The notes below the pieces were generated by a model that saw nothing but the letters and a program-made list of their open reading frames with translations, ran no database searches and was not told the DNA's origin. Shown here piece by piece: positions 41,062-54,579 of a stretch of 64,000 bases of DNA. Each line of letters starts with the position of its first letter. Position 1 is the stretch's first letter. The stretch is from Laetmonice hystrix (taxonomy: Eukaryota): NCBI GenBank assembly GCA_965235115.1, contig OZ249436.1, forward strand, positions 17,796,001 to 17,860,000, read 5' to 3'. The position numbers and the translations under genes were made by a program.

Positions 41062-42228
41062 GGTGCACGGTTCGTCCATTCAGGCGGTAACCATACCTCG
41101 GACTCACAATATTAATTTTATCAATCCATCCTCATATCGAGCGTGGTCGATCCCTCCCTGATGATGCTCTGATGATGAAATAAGTAAATCGATTAGGCCA
41201 TAATAAGTAAATCGCCTCGGCTATGATAAGAAAATCGGTTCGGCTATAATTCTAGCGGTTAGAGATTAGAGATTTGAGGTGGCAGTTCAATCTAAATCAC
41301 TATACATACCATAACCGCAAGACTAAGGTCTGGCATGCAGCCTTTTAACCTTGACATCGAGTGGCCCTCATCTGTTATTTTCTTGCTATAATGAAAGACG
41401 CCGGGTTTAATTCGGTCTTACTTGGCTCCCGTAATGCGGAGAAGGCATCGCCTAGGATGAAAGATGGTAATTACTGTGATTTTCTTGGCACAAATTCTGC
41501 CCAAGTCAACTTCCTGTCCTGCCTTTGACTGGGCCGGGCAGAGCCGAGACCCCCTCCCCCTCCCCCGACAAACACCCACACACCAGCCCCCCCCCCCCCC
41601 ACCCCCACACTCCACAGATGGGTCACATCAAACAGAATAACCCAAGTAACACGCCACAATATCCAACAGCATCGATTCTCGATCAAGTCTCATCATATGC
41701 GAGGTTTTCCGTGCTCGTATCCGATTGGCTGCCTCCGCTTTCAGATCGACTGGCCAGAGAATATCGATGAATATCTGAATAAATGAAACGGCTTGGTGCA
41801 CAGTGTCTACTAACTAGTCCTTATATAAATGGGGGGGGGGGGGTGTACGGAAAGAAAATAAAGAGAGAAGAAGGAGAAGAAGAAGTAGAAATGAGGGAGG
41901 GGAGGGAAGTTAATTCAGTTATACCTACCATACGTTTTTTTTTTTTAATCTTTATTTTCACAGATGACGGTACTCGGCTAGACGCCGGTTTTCAGTACCT
42001 AGCCTGTATATCAATGTGTTATGTCTAGTATATATTATATTCTATTATAGCATGAGGTGCATGAGTGATGGAATGAGTAGGAGAAGTGCCAACAACAGTT
42101 CTGTTCTTATTTATTGCAATTTCATTTATAATATCTCTGAAGATATCAGGAGTGCAGAAGTAAGATTCAGTTGGGGGTAGGGTCCTACAATAATAAACCG
42201 GTAATCGGGGTTCAAGCTAGTAAATAAC

Positions 42229-42705
42229 TACGTACGTTACGTCCTGATGTACGTACAGATTACGTAGGTTAGGTACTGACGTACGTACAGATTATGTAGG
42301 TTAGGTACTGACGTACGTACAGATTATGTAGGTTAGGTACTGACGTACGTACAGATTACGTATGTTACGTCCTGACGTACCTACAGATTACGTACAGATT
42401 ACGTATGTTACGTCCTGACGTACGTACAGATTACGTATGTTACGTCCTGACGTACGTACTGATTACGTATGTTACGTCCTGACGTACGTACAGATTACGT
42501 ACGTTACGTCTTGACGTACGTACAGATTACGTATGTTACGCACTGACGTACGTACAGACGTACATACGTTACGTCCTGACGTACATACATATTACGTACA
42601 GATTATGTAGGTTAGGTACTGACGTACGTACAGATTACGTATGTTACGTCCTGACGTACGTACAGATTACGTACGTTACGTCTTGACGTACGTAGATCTA
42701 CGTCC
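42229..42705. repeat. 32-bp minisatellite rich in TACGTA/GACGTACGTAC palindromes
   Basis: Unit TACGTACAGATTACGTATGTTACGTCCTGACG. Confidence 0.95.
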
Positions 42706-43653
42706 GGATGGAGTGTTGTTGGTCAGCCGGTTAAAGGCTCACACTATAGGCCAGTCCGGGATAGTGCCCGTTCGACCCCCCCCCCCTCCCACAGTGGCCC
42801 CGGTTGGGCTGTCCAACGCTGTGTCACGTGAACGAACCCTTGCCACTTAATGATAAGGGTAGTGTCCTGGCCCGGTGTGCAGGTTTCTCATGTACCATCA
42901 TGGAAATGAAAAATACTTTTTCACAACCACCACAGCCGCCACCACCAACAACAATAGATGGCCCCCTGGTTGGTGTAGTTTTGTTAGACGTAGTCTTGTG
43001 GTGTTAAACACGTTCGGTCCCAGCCACGTTGGGTGTGTTTTACAGCATATTCCCACGACATTTCAACGGCCTGTGTCTATTATATCAAAGCCACCACTGG
43101 ATCATAGCTTCGAGTGGTTGATTAGTAGTTTCCCGGTTTTCTGCCACGCTGTCTGAATCACCGTGATTTGTCAAACTAGCGGCCAGGTACACACCGCGCC
43201 CACGCCGGGCCCAGAGCCGGGCCAAGAGCCGGGCCCGGATCCAGTCAGACCTGCTGGCTCCCCCACCCCCACCCCACCCCGACAATCGGCCCGTATCATG
43301 CGCTGTTTATCCATCCCACAGCGTTCCGACTCTTGCTAAACACACCCGAAATGTGATAGCGAGCACCACTATCAACCCATTCAAACACGCGCCGAATTAG
43401 CGCACTTCAGTAATCGTGTAGACGCTGATATTCAGGCCGCGGCGCGCACACTGGATTAGCTTAGCCAGATAATCTGATCGGACCAGCATTGAATATTCAC
43501 TATATGTAGCCCGCGTGCTACAATATCGGATAATGAGGGAATTATTCATTTTCTTGTGAATAAATTAGGTTTACTTACCAGTCAGCGGTCTCTGTGCGGT
43601 GGGTGCCCGGACTGGGCGTACAGTACAGAGCCGTGGGAGGGGAGGGGGTGGCC

Positions 43654-44059
43654 ACAATAGCGTCAGTCAGGGGCGAGGTATACGGAGGACATACCACACA
43701 AACTGTGGGTATATCGTTACCTGGAGGACTACGCCCGGAGGAGAGGGTGGGTGGGTGGAGGCGTGGAGTAATACCATCTTCTATCAATACAATAGTGTCA
43801 GTCAGGGGCGAGGTATACGGAGGACATACCACACAAACTGTGGGTATATCGTTACCTGGAGGACTACGCCCGGAGGAGAGGGTGGGTGGGTGGAGGCGTG
43901 GAGTAATACCATCTTCTATCAATACAATAGTGTCAGTCAGGGGCGAGGTATACGGAGGACATACCACACAAACTGTGGATATATCGGTACCTGGAGGACT
44001 AAGCCGGGAGGAGAGGGTAGGGGGGGGGTGGAGGCGTGGAGTAATACCTTCTTCTATCA
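43654..44059. repeat. 135-bp tandem triplication
   Basis: Three near-identical copies starting CAATAGYGTCAGTCAGGGGCGAGG. Confidence 0.97.
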
Positions 44060-44210
44060 AAGCGAACTAACCATACGAAGGTGTTTTCTCACGGCTATAA
44101 CTATCATAAATATTTCTATCTTGGGAGTTCTTGCATTTCTTTGCAGATGTTCTTCCATGGTGGATAGGCCTATGTGGATGGCAGTGGATGGGTTTATGGA
44201 TGGAGGGGGA

Positions 44211-46335
44211 GGTTGGGTGTGGTCGGCCTGTGGTTGGGTGTGGTCGACCTGTGGTTGGTTGTGGTGGGGATGTGGTTGGGTGTGGTCGGGATGTGGTTGG
44301 GTGTGGTCGGCCTGTGGTTGGGTGTGGTCGGGATGTGGTTGGGTGTAGTCGGTCTGTGGTTTGGTGAGGTCGGCCTGTGGTTGGGTGTGGTCGGCCTGTG
44401 GTTGGGTGTGGTCGGCCTGTGGTTGGGTGTGGTCGGGATGTGGTTGGGTGTAGTCGGTCTGTGGTTTGGTGAGGTCGGCCTGTGTTTGGGTGTGGTCGGC
44501 CTGTGGTTGGTTGTGGTCGGGATGTGGTTGGGTGTGGTCGGGATGTGGTTGGGTGTGGTCGGTCTGTGGTTTGGTGAGGTCGGCCTGTGGTTGGGTGTGG
44601 TCGGGATGTGGTTGGGCGTGGTCGGGATGTGGTTGGGTGTGGTCGGTCTGTGGTTTGGTGAGGTTGGCCTGTGGTTGGGTGTGGTCGGCCTGTGGTTGGG
44701 TGTGGTCGGGATGTCGTTGGGTGTAGTCGGTCTGTGGTTTGGTGAGGTCGGCCTGTGGTTGGGTGTGGTCGACCTGTGGTTGGTTGTGGTGGGGATGTGG
44801 TTGGGTGTGGTCGGCCTGTGGTTAGGTGTGGTCGGGATGTGGTTGGGTGTGGTCGGGATGTGGTTGGGTGTAGTCGGGATGTGGTTTGGTGAGGTCGGCC
44901 TGTAGTTGGGTGTGGTCGGGATGTGGTTGGGTGTGGTCGGGATGTGGTTGGGTGTAGTCGGGATGTGGTTGGGTGTAGTCGGGATGTGGTTGGGTGTGGT
45001 CGGCCTGTGGTTGGGCGTGGTCGGCCTGTGGTTGGGCGAGGTCGGCCTGTGGTTGGGTGTGGTCGGGATGTGGTTGGGTGTGGTCGGGATGTGGTTGGGT
45101 GTGGTCGGGATGTGGTTGGGTGTGGTCGGGATGTGGTTGGGTGTGGTCGGGATGTGGTTGGGTGAGGTCGGCCTGTGGTTGGGTGTAGTCGGTCTGTGGT
45201 TTGGTGAGGTCGGCCTGTGGTTGGGTGTGGTTGGGTGAGGTCGGCCTGTGGTTGGGTGTGGTCGGCCTGTGGTTGGGTGTGGTTTGGTGTGGTCGGCCTG
45301 TGGTTGGGTGTGGTTTGGTGTGGTCGGCCTGTGGTTGGGTGTGGTTTGGTGTGGTCGGCCTGTGGTTGGGTGTGGTCGGCCTGTGGTTGGGTGTGGTTTG
45401 GTGAGGTCAGCCTGTGGTTGGGTGTGGTCGGCCTGTGGTTGGGTGTGGTCGGCCTGTGGTTGGGTGTGGTTGGGTGTGGTCGGCCTGTGGTTGGGTGTGG
45501 TTGGGTGTGGTCGGCCTGTGGTTGGGTGTGGTTTGGTGAGGTCGGCCTGTGGTCGGGATGTGGTTGGGTGTGGTTGGGTGTGGTCGGCCTGTGGTTGGGT
45601 GTGGTCAGGATGTGGTTGGGTGTGGTCGGGATGTGGTTGGGTGTGGTCGGGATGTGGTTGGGTGTAGTCGGGATGTGGTTTGGTGAGGTCGGCCTGTGGT
45701 TGGGTGTGGTCGGTCTGTGGTTTGGTGAGGTCGGCCTGTGGTTGGGTGTGGTTGGGTGTGGTTTGGTGAGGTCGGCCTGTGGTCGGGATGTGGTTGGGTG
45801 TGGTTGGGTGTGGTCGGCCTGTGGTTGGGTGTGGTCAGGATGTGGTTGGGTGTGGTCGGGATGTGGTTGGGTGTGGTCGGGATGTGGTTGGGTGTAGTCG
45901 GGATGTGGTTTGGTGAGGTCGGCCTGTGGTTGGGTGTGGTCGGTCTGTGGTTTGGTGAGGTCGGCCTGTGGTTGGGTGTGGTCGGTCTGTGGTTTGGTGA
46001 GGTCGGCCTGTGGTCGGCCTGTGGTTGGGTGTGGTTTGGTGAGGTCGGCCTGTGGTCGGGATGTGGTTGGGTGTGGTTGGGTGTGGTCGGCCTGTGGTTG
46101 GGTGTGGTCAGGATGTGGTTGGGTGTGGTCGGGATGTGGTTGGGTGTGGTCGGGATGTGGTTGGGTGTAGTCGGGATGTGGTTTGGTGAGGTCGGCCTGT
46201 GGTTGGGTGTGGTCGGGATGTGGTTGGGTGTAGTCGGGATGTGGTTTGGTGAGGTCGGCCTGTGGTTGGGTGTAGTCGGTCTGTGGTTTGGTGAGGTCGG
46301 CCTGTGGTTGGGTGAGGTCGGCCTGTGGTTGGGTG
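44211..46335. repeat. ~2.1-kb G/T-rich 21-bp minisatellite (GTGGTTGGGTGTGGTCGGCCT / ...CGGGAT)
   Basis: About 100 copies with extreme strand skew. Confidence 0.98.
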
Positions 46336-47389
46336 CACGTGTGGTCGGGATTGTGATTGATCAGTTCTTTCTCATATAAAGCTGTACTACGGGTTTGATC
46401 GAGGGTTGAACGTCCCAGCGCTGATATATCTTGTTAAAAAAACATTTTTGTTATAAACTCTTGTAATAACACCTTTTTGTTATAAAGTCTCCTCATTTCT
46501 CAATTGAAATTGAAATTTGAATGTGAGATTTGAATTTGGAATGTCCCTTCTCGGCTTTCGTATGGACCTAACCTCGGGAAGAATACACGGGAAAATGGTT
46601 GGAGTCGACTTCTATCAACGATCCTATTCCAGGCTGGATGAAAACTTCACTTGCTGAAAATTAGTCTTGATAACTTTACATCATAATAACAAGACGTATG
46701 TATTCATAGATAATACAAGAACCGAATATCAGACCGAGAAATAAATAAATATTATCAGAGTCCCGACCGTCAGACACTCGAGGATTCAGCCTTGGAAAGG
46801 TCTGACCATACACGAAGACATTGGATTTTATGTAGAGTGATCAATCCAACAATACAACTTATCTTGACAATACTGAACGCTCCAGCGGTCAGACCGACTC
46901 TGCCTGCTACTTTCCATCGATTGGTTTCGTAATAGAATGGCCTGGCCGAGGAGTGCCGCCCCTAATGGTGCTGTTGTAAATATATAGTAGATGGGTGTTA
47001 TATATTGGGTGCGTCACGCAGGGGTGTGAGAGGGTGGGTATTGTGGAGGGGCACCCGGCTTGCTGGATGAACCCTACTGGACAAATAAACATCTGGTCAC
47101 GCCTGCCGCAGCGCTGCCGTCTCTCCACCCCCTACCCAACCCCACCCGACCGAGTCCACACCGAAGTAGATCATCTAAACTAGATCAGCTAGACAACCCC
47201 TAGAGGCCATGAAGCAAACATGCACCACTCAAGTTTTTTCTTTTTCTACTGTCCGACTCCATCGTCCACATTGCACAATATGATCTTTGTTTGTGGAAGC
47301 CAACGTCATAACGTTCTAATAGCATAACGCCGACGTTTCTAACCTTTTTTCACTTCTTTCTAGCTACGATGGTTTATAAACAATATGGA

Positions 47390-48031
47390 TTGCCATGTCA
47401 TGTGGAGTAGCACAGATCAGAACATTACGATATTGTCAAGTAATGTGGAGTAGCACTGTCGAGTAGCACAGATAAGTGGGATACGGTATTGTTATGTCAT
47501 GTGGAGCAGCACAGTTCCGAGCGATACGGTATTGTCATGTCATGTGGAGTAGCACAGTTCCGAGCGATACGGTATTACCATGTCATGTGGAGTAGCACAG
47601 TTCCGAGCGATACGGTATTGTCATGTCATGTGGAGTAGCACAGTTCCGAGCGATACGGTATTGTCATGTCATGTGGAGTAGCACAGTTCCGAGCGATACG
47701 GTATTGTCATGTCATGTGGAGTAGCACAGTTCCGAGCGATACGGTATTGTCATGTCATGTGGAGTAGCACAGTTCCGAGCGATACGGTATTGTCATGTCA
47801 TGTGGAGCAGCACAGTTCCGAGCGATACGGTATTGTCATGTCATGTGGAGCAGCACAGTTCCGAGCGATACGGTATTGTCATGTCATGTGGAGTAGCACA
47901 GTTCCGAGTGATACGGTATTGTCATGTCATGTGGAGTAGCACAGTTCCGAGCGATACGGTATTGTCATGTCATGTGGAGTAGCACAGTTCCGAGCGATAC
48001 GGTATTGTCATGTCATGTGGAGTAGCACAGT
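47390..48031. repeat. 43-bp minisatellite, ~14 copies
   Basis: Unit GTCATGTCATGTGGAGTAGCACAGTTCCGAGCGATACGGTATT. Confidence 0.97.
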
Positions 48032-48985
48032 TTAGCACAGGGAAATCATAACCAACCCTCGTCTGTCAGCCAACCGATCCATGCGGTCTATAGGCCTACA
48101 ACAACTATGAAATAAACGTCGTCTTCTTCGATGATGTAATTCTGCTGAAATGTTGACTCCCATTCAAAACTTGCAAGCTCTGACTAAAGAATTAAGTTGG
48201 AGTTCTTGCTAGCAGCTGTACTATTTCTGAGAATGTGGAGTGGGGTAGAATGGTGAGGGGTAGAGTCAGCCTACCTGATCAGTTGGGGGGGGGGGGGGGG
48301 TTAAATGATACACTGCCCCCTCCCGTATGGGGGCATGACTTCCATGCTCCTACCAAAATAAAAACCCTCCACTAAATTTGTCTAGTCAAAAGGTAGAAGC
48401 GACATTTTTGGCCAATGATTCAACCTCCTGATTGTATCCTTTCATCACTATCGTCACTTCACAATGCACGTTTATTACTTTATCTATTACCGTTTCAATC
48501 TGTCAGTATTTCAGATAAAGCCGTGGTCAATCCGGTCTGTGACCACAACTGGTCCCTTGAGAACAGGGCCACATTCAATCCTCATGGATTCCGAGAGGAA
48601 ATTGTCTAACGATATTCCTGTGGCTGACGGCAGTGTCATCTTCCTGGCGAATCGTGTGTCAGACCGTGTGTCACGTGATCACCCACCGGAAGCACATTGT
48701 ATCAGAGCTGACGCGCCCCCTGGTGGGTTCACGTGTCACAGGTCGACTTCCCTCGGTAATTGTTCACTTGTGACGAGATCAAACGCCTCAATAACTGCTG
48801 TTGTCTCCGCGGTCTCTTTACCACAAAACGCTGCAGCTTCAAGTTGTCGAGCATGTCGACTACGTCACTAAAACCGGGGTAGTCTGAATCTGTAACGTGC
48901 ACGCTGAATCTGTAAGGTGCACGCTGAATCTGTAACGTGCACGCTGTACGCGTATTGGTGTAGGACTAGTTCAAATACACCGCCT

Positions 48986-49585
48986 CCTTCAGCCCTCACC
49001 CCCACCCCCTCACTCCAACCCACACCCTATTCCAACCCACCCCCTCAGCCCGCACCCCCTCCCCCAGCCCATCCTCCAACCCCACCCCCGCCCTCACCCC
49101 CACTCTCAGCCCCACCCCCTCCTCGACCCCAACCCCCAGCCCCACCCCCAGCCCCACCCCCACCTCGACCCCAACCCCCAGCCCCACCCTCAGCCCCACC
49201 CCCTCCTCCAGCCCCACCCCAGCCCCACCCACGCCCCACCCCACCCCCAGCCCCACCCCCTCCTCGACCCTCACCCCCAGCCTCACCCTCAGCCCCACCT
49301 CCTCCTCCAGCCCAACCTCCAGCCCCACCCCCACCCTCAGCCCTACCCCCCCCCCTCGACCCCAACACCCAGCCCCACCCCCACCCTCAGCCCCACCCCC
49401 TCCTCGACCCCAACCCCCAGCCCCACCCCCAGCCTCACCGTCAGCCCCACCTCATCCTCCAGCCCAACCTCCAGCCCCACTCCCACCCTCAGCCCTACCC
49501 CCTCCTCGACCCCAACACCCAGCCCCACCCCCAGCCTCACTCTCAGCCCCACCCCCTCCTCCACCCCCGCCCCACCCTACCCGCA
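48986..49585. repeat. C-rich low-complexity repeat (CAGCCCCACCCC)
   Basis: Degenerate C-run repeat; gives the Pro-rich and Gly-rich ORFs. Confidence 0.93.
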
Positions 49586-52500
49586 CCTACAGTACCCTAG
49601 TTGGCGCCATCGTATATGACAACCCGAAGTGCATGCACTAACAAGCTAAAACAAAGCTTTGTCTCTCGGAGTGACGGGTCTTTCCTATCATACACTCACT
49701 TCCGATGTACGTTGATGTACACGCGGCCGAACATAGCGGGGGGGGTGTGGGGTGTGCGGGAAACAGATGCTGAACTTACAGCCTCGCTTTGACAGACATC
49801 TGTCTAGTGGTCACCTTATTTCACAGCGTCCCTTTCATGTAGACCCCGCGCATGTTTTTAACCAGGGAAGGTTTCCGGAAACTGTTCACTACCGTCCTTA
49901 CGGAGGCCTTGTGACTGTTTGGACGAACTTTGTGCTTGTTTTCCGGCTAGGCCAGAATTTCTGGGCATGGCGTGTTGCACTTAGCCGACCAGCGTCCCGA
50001 AGCACTCCTCCAGCGTCCCCAGCTCCTCCAGCACTCCTCCAGGTCCTCCAGCACGCACCTGCCTGAAGTAGCCGCGCCAGGCGATCGGCTGGAGACGTCC
50101 CGTCATGCATTCTGTTTTCGACATTTCGCCTACCGCCCCGGCCACATCTCCGGTAAACGTGCATTGTTGGTGAAGACCCTGCCGTTTTCTGCTATGACAA
50201 GTACCAGCTACTGCGGCGTAATGAAGGGCCTTCCTATGTTCCGTGTGGCGGGGCGCGCCGACTGAGGTTTTTTTGAGCATGCAGACGCGGAAGCAGCCAT
50301 TAGCATACGTCATACGTCGTCTGCCGCGAACAGACGGCGTTCCGCTCCCAGCGTTCGTTTAGCTGCTCAAGAAACATTAGGGCTTCGCGGAGCCGATGGT
50401 GGAACACGATATCACCACCACTAATACCAATGCTAATAGCGTTACAAAATGGCTTCATTACAAACTACAAAGTAGTGTTAATAGCATTGTGAATGAGCGA
50501 ATTTCTCTGGTCTGTCGCCGCTGCTGTCCAAAAAAGAAGAGTCATAAGATATTTTTGAAGAATGCTTTTATGATTCGCCAGCATAGCAATGTTTTTTAAT
50601 GGTAGGGTCAGCTTTCACCAAATGACGCGGAAAGAAGAAATAAATGACGATAACCAAATGCCTGATGGCCAAAGCTTCCTCATAACGAATCCCGTGTGAG
50701 GGCCCGTTTGTTTGAAGTCATGATGATGAGAAAGGGTACAGCCATCAGGGTATCCCCTGCTCAGACTCCTGACCCCAGACAAAATGATTACACTTCTGTA
50801 GAATACCCATATACATCCCTAGAGAAATCCAACCCTCATCATTAACCAAGGTTACAACTCCTGAATCCCACTAGAGGGCGCGTCTCCAGGGCCTTTGACA
50901 TCAAGATTAAATTTCCCCTTGGTTACAACTACTGAACCCGCATAATTAACCCCTTAATTACAATCATATTAATTGGGTGTACTCCCTTTCGGGTTACCAA
51001 CATATGATGAATGACAAAAGTTTCCGAATTCTGTTGTAATAGAATGAATACCGGGACCTAAAATGGAACATACAAAATAATTATTACGCTGCATGTTCCT
51101 TTTGTGTTTGAACTTTCTTTGACTTGTCGCACCTTATATGTGGTGGGTAGGGTTGGCGTTGGCGTTGGGGCTGGCGTTGGCGTTGAGGTTGGCGTTGGCG
51201 TTGGCGTTGGGGTTCGGCTGGAGGGGGTGTCATGAGGGTGCTGGTGGTGATTAGGGTGCACATCTTCGAGCAAGGGGGCGTATGAACCGTAAGTGTCCCT
51301 GAACATGAAAACGGAAATGGTTGAACAGAGAATGGGTAGAAATTGTTCCAGTTTGGACACGGAAACGGAAACGGTTGAACAGAGAATGGATTATTGTTCC
51401 AGTTTCGATTGTTGTATTCGTGCCAGAGACCTGAAGGTTACGAAACGTCCGCCATCAACCAGTTCCATTGGTGGATGTAAACAGATCCTTCTCTTGGCAA
51501 TCACTGGGGATTGTGTTTCTGAGCTGCTACTGGCCCAGCTAATGGGATGCCGGACTAAGTACGTCCATAGGCCAACTTAGTAACTTCGAGCTTATCCGTG
51601 ACCTTTAGTTGTAGCCATTCGCTGCTAGACGTCTCCGCCGGCCCTGCAGGTACTGTAACATGGACTGAGCCTCACTCTCGTGATGGACCGCAATAAGCCA
51701 ATCAGGAAGCCCGACACAACCCCACTGGCCATAATATAACAAAGGTAAAAGGTAAAAGCACCCAAATAAACTCTCTCAACTTTGTACCTCGTTATACATG
51801 ACCCCAAGGTCATTGAGTGGATGTCGTTTTCCGCGTGCTTTGCTAGCTTTACGTCTTTTGAATTCGGGTACAGAATCTGAACCATGGTCAGTCCTGTCAT
51901 GAATAAAGGATCTTGTCGATTGGTAGTGTTGTCATGTCGCCGTTTCCCGTTCATGGCTTTGATACCTGCCGGCCTGACTTGAGCTAAATGTCGTCTGTTC
52001 CGCGTCCGTTTCCGGTGGAAAGTTCGAGATGTCGTCTGCTATCAGCGTTTATTTGATAGAGACGCCGCGTCCTGTAGCTCGCGACCCGAATAGAACGAAC
52101 GTGTGTGACGCATCCTTGACCTTGACCATCCGTTCACCGTTAGATGGCGTTGGCGTGCCAGGTGTACGTAATGGGAAAGAGTCTGTCAACCCCGGTCCTC
52201 TCAAACACAGAGAATGGGCACCCACCCATATTATCGTCATTGATCTTAAACTAATGAAGCCAATAGTTCTCCACTGCTCCAGTGACCCTTACGCACCTAC
52301 AGATAACAGATTGTCGTTCTCTGTGACCTACCCTCGGAGGTGACACACTCTCGGTTGAATACATCTTTCTCACACCCTGAACCGGGTTGAGTCAGATGGC
52401 TGAAATTCCCTGAGCATATCGAACTTACCCAAAACGTTACAATCACGTTTCCTTCACATAATATTGTAAAATCCTGATTAACCGTTTTCTTATAGTGTCA

Positions 52501-53431
52501 GACAACTCATTAAAAACGTAGAAGTTTGTCGCGTTTTTTTTTCAGCACGTTGTAGACCGACTTCGTCTTGGGTCTGAAACCTAAGAAAAACGGATTTGTA
52601 AACTCACCATCCTGAGTGGGGTACATTGTATGATTTCTTTCTGCCAAGCTCACTTATCAGACGCCAAGATATATACATAACAACAACAGCGTTTTCTCCT
52701 CCTTCCCTGGCTTCGGCAATGCATGTGGCGCCCCCCCCCCCCTCTATAAATCCTCAGTTTTAATCAGTGATGGCAGCTTGGCGTATTTCTCAAGATGTGA
52801 TGATTAAAGTAAGACGCGGGGGGTGAACAGATTCATGCAGCAGACACCTGTGGATTTCACAGGATGTCTGAAAGCAGTCCGTAAGCCGCTTCACACCCGC
52901 CAGGAGACGTTTGGAGCACAAGGAAAGAGTCCCATGTGTAACTAGCATGACGGTTCTATGAGAGTTCCTGGCTGAGTAAATGTCGTCAGTGTGGGAAACG
53001 ACTGGCCGTGTGAGATCCAAACCACCCCGGCCCTTCGCATCTTCTAGTAATTGGCCATATCGATTTGGCATAGTTATTAATGAAATGTCCCCAGGCGGCC
53101 AACGACTTCCCCTGACTATTTAAGGTATATATAGAGAGAGAATCGGCAAGAGTAAATGAAGGCGAATAGGCGTATATCCTGCTAAAACAATGTGCAATTT
53201 TCATTAGTTGGTGATTGATACACGTGTCATCTTAATATCTGATTGTTTTATAAAACAGAAAGCCCTCAAGGGTTGTAATCAGCCGCATGTATTGGCTAGA
53301 CGGAGCTACATTTCATAATCGTACTACTAAAACCCTCATCAATCCTTCAAACTGCACGGTGGCATTCTTTGTTATATAATATATGAGGGGCCCCTGAACA
53401 AATGGCCATATTAACGACCACAAGTCCCTGC

Positions 53432-53467
53432 AGAGAGGGAGAGAGCGAGAGAGAGAGACAGAGAGAC

Positions 53468-53499
<32 letters not shown>

Positions 53500-53691
53500 G
53501 GAGACAGAGAGACAGACAGAGCGAGGCAGAGAGGGAGACAGAGACAGAGAGAGACAGCGAGACAGACAGAGACGGAGAAACAGAGAGGGAGAGAGGGAGA
53601 GAGCAAGGAGAGACAGATAGACAGACAGAGAGGGAGAGAGGAAGAGGGGGAGGGACAGACAGACAGATAGACAGACATATAGATACAGAGA
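53432..53691. repeat. (AG)/(ACAG) microsatellite
   Basis: Direct inspection. Confidence 0.95.
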
Positions 53692-53888
53692 CTTGGAGCA
53701 GGGAGGGAGAATTGATGTTGAACGGTTCGGAAAGACACCTTTGGTGATCTAGCCATAATTCATTTCTCCCTTAAAAGGCGTTCATCTTTCAACTTGAATC
53801 GTGACGACACAAGACAAAATTTCACAAAGGCATGCATTGTCCATTCCCTGTGTAATCATATACGTCATCGTAAGGACAAGGGTAGTAG

Positions 53889-54579
53889 CCTGCAGGAACA
53901 ATTGGACTTCGCAAGGGTGGTGGGCTGCAGGAACAACTGGACCTCGCAAAGGTGGTGGGCTGCAGCAACAATTGGACCTCGCAAAGGTGGTGGGCTGCAG
54001 GAACAATTGGACGTCGCAAGGGTGGTGGGCTGCAGGAACAATTGGACCTCGCAAGGGTGGTGGGCTGCAGCAACAATTGGACCTCGCAAAGGTGGTGGGC
54101 TGCAGCAACAATTGGACCTCGCAAGGGTGGTGGAATGCAGCAACAATTGGACCTCGCAAAGGTGGTGGGCTGCAGCAACAATTGGACCTCGCAAAGGTGG
54201 TGGGGCTGCAGGAACAATTGGACGTCGCAAAGGGTGGTGGGCTGCAGGAACAATTGGACCTCGCAAGGGTGGTGGGCTGCAGCAACAATTGGACTCCGTA
54301 AGGACGCAGGGCCATGAGCAGGATTTTTTGAGGGGGGGGGGGGAGTTACAGACTTCCCAGAACCCCCCCCCCCCCTTCGCACGGCCCTGAGGGTGGTGGG
54401 CGGCCGAATCAATTGAGCATCGTAAGGGTGGTGGGCTACAGGAACTTTTGGACCTCGCAAGTGTGGTGGGCTGCAGCAACAATTGGACCTCGCACGGGTG
54501 GTGGGCTGCAGCAACAATTGGACCTCGCAAAGGTGGTGGGCTGCAGGAACAATTGGACCTCGCAAGGGTGGTGGAATGC
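53889..54579. repeat. 35-bp minisatellite, ~17 copies, interrupted by a MITE-like insert
   Basis: Unit GGGCTGCAGSAACAATTGGACCTCGCAARGGTGGT. Confidence 0.96.
54307..54389. mobile_element. 83-bp mini-MITE related in architecture to 28706-28936
   Basis: CAGGGCCATGAGCAG...CTTCGCACGGCCCTG (12/15 inverted match) with the same GATTTTT-(G)n ... (C)n subterminal layout; no clear TSD. Confidence 0.7.

Noticed and set aside
44174..46379. Hydrophobic WLGVVG-repeat ORFs resembling membrane proteins
   Set aside because: The 21-bp G/T satellite is largely stop-free by composition; sporadic TAG variants and frame shifts show no coding constraint.
48917..49600. 227-aa proline-rich ORF (extensin/formin-like)
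   Set aside because: It is a low-complexity C-run repeat with a non-ATG start and no flanking domain or convincing splice sites.
49898..50313. GC-rich coding-looking segment (VLEDLEECW / LEELGTLEECF)
   Set aside because: It is a short internal CTCCAG repeat, no long consistent frame emerges, and no family was recognised.
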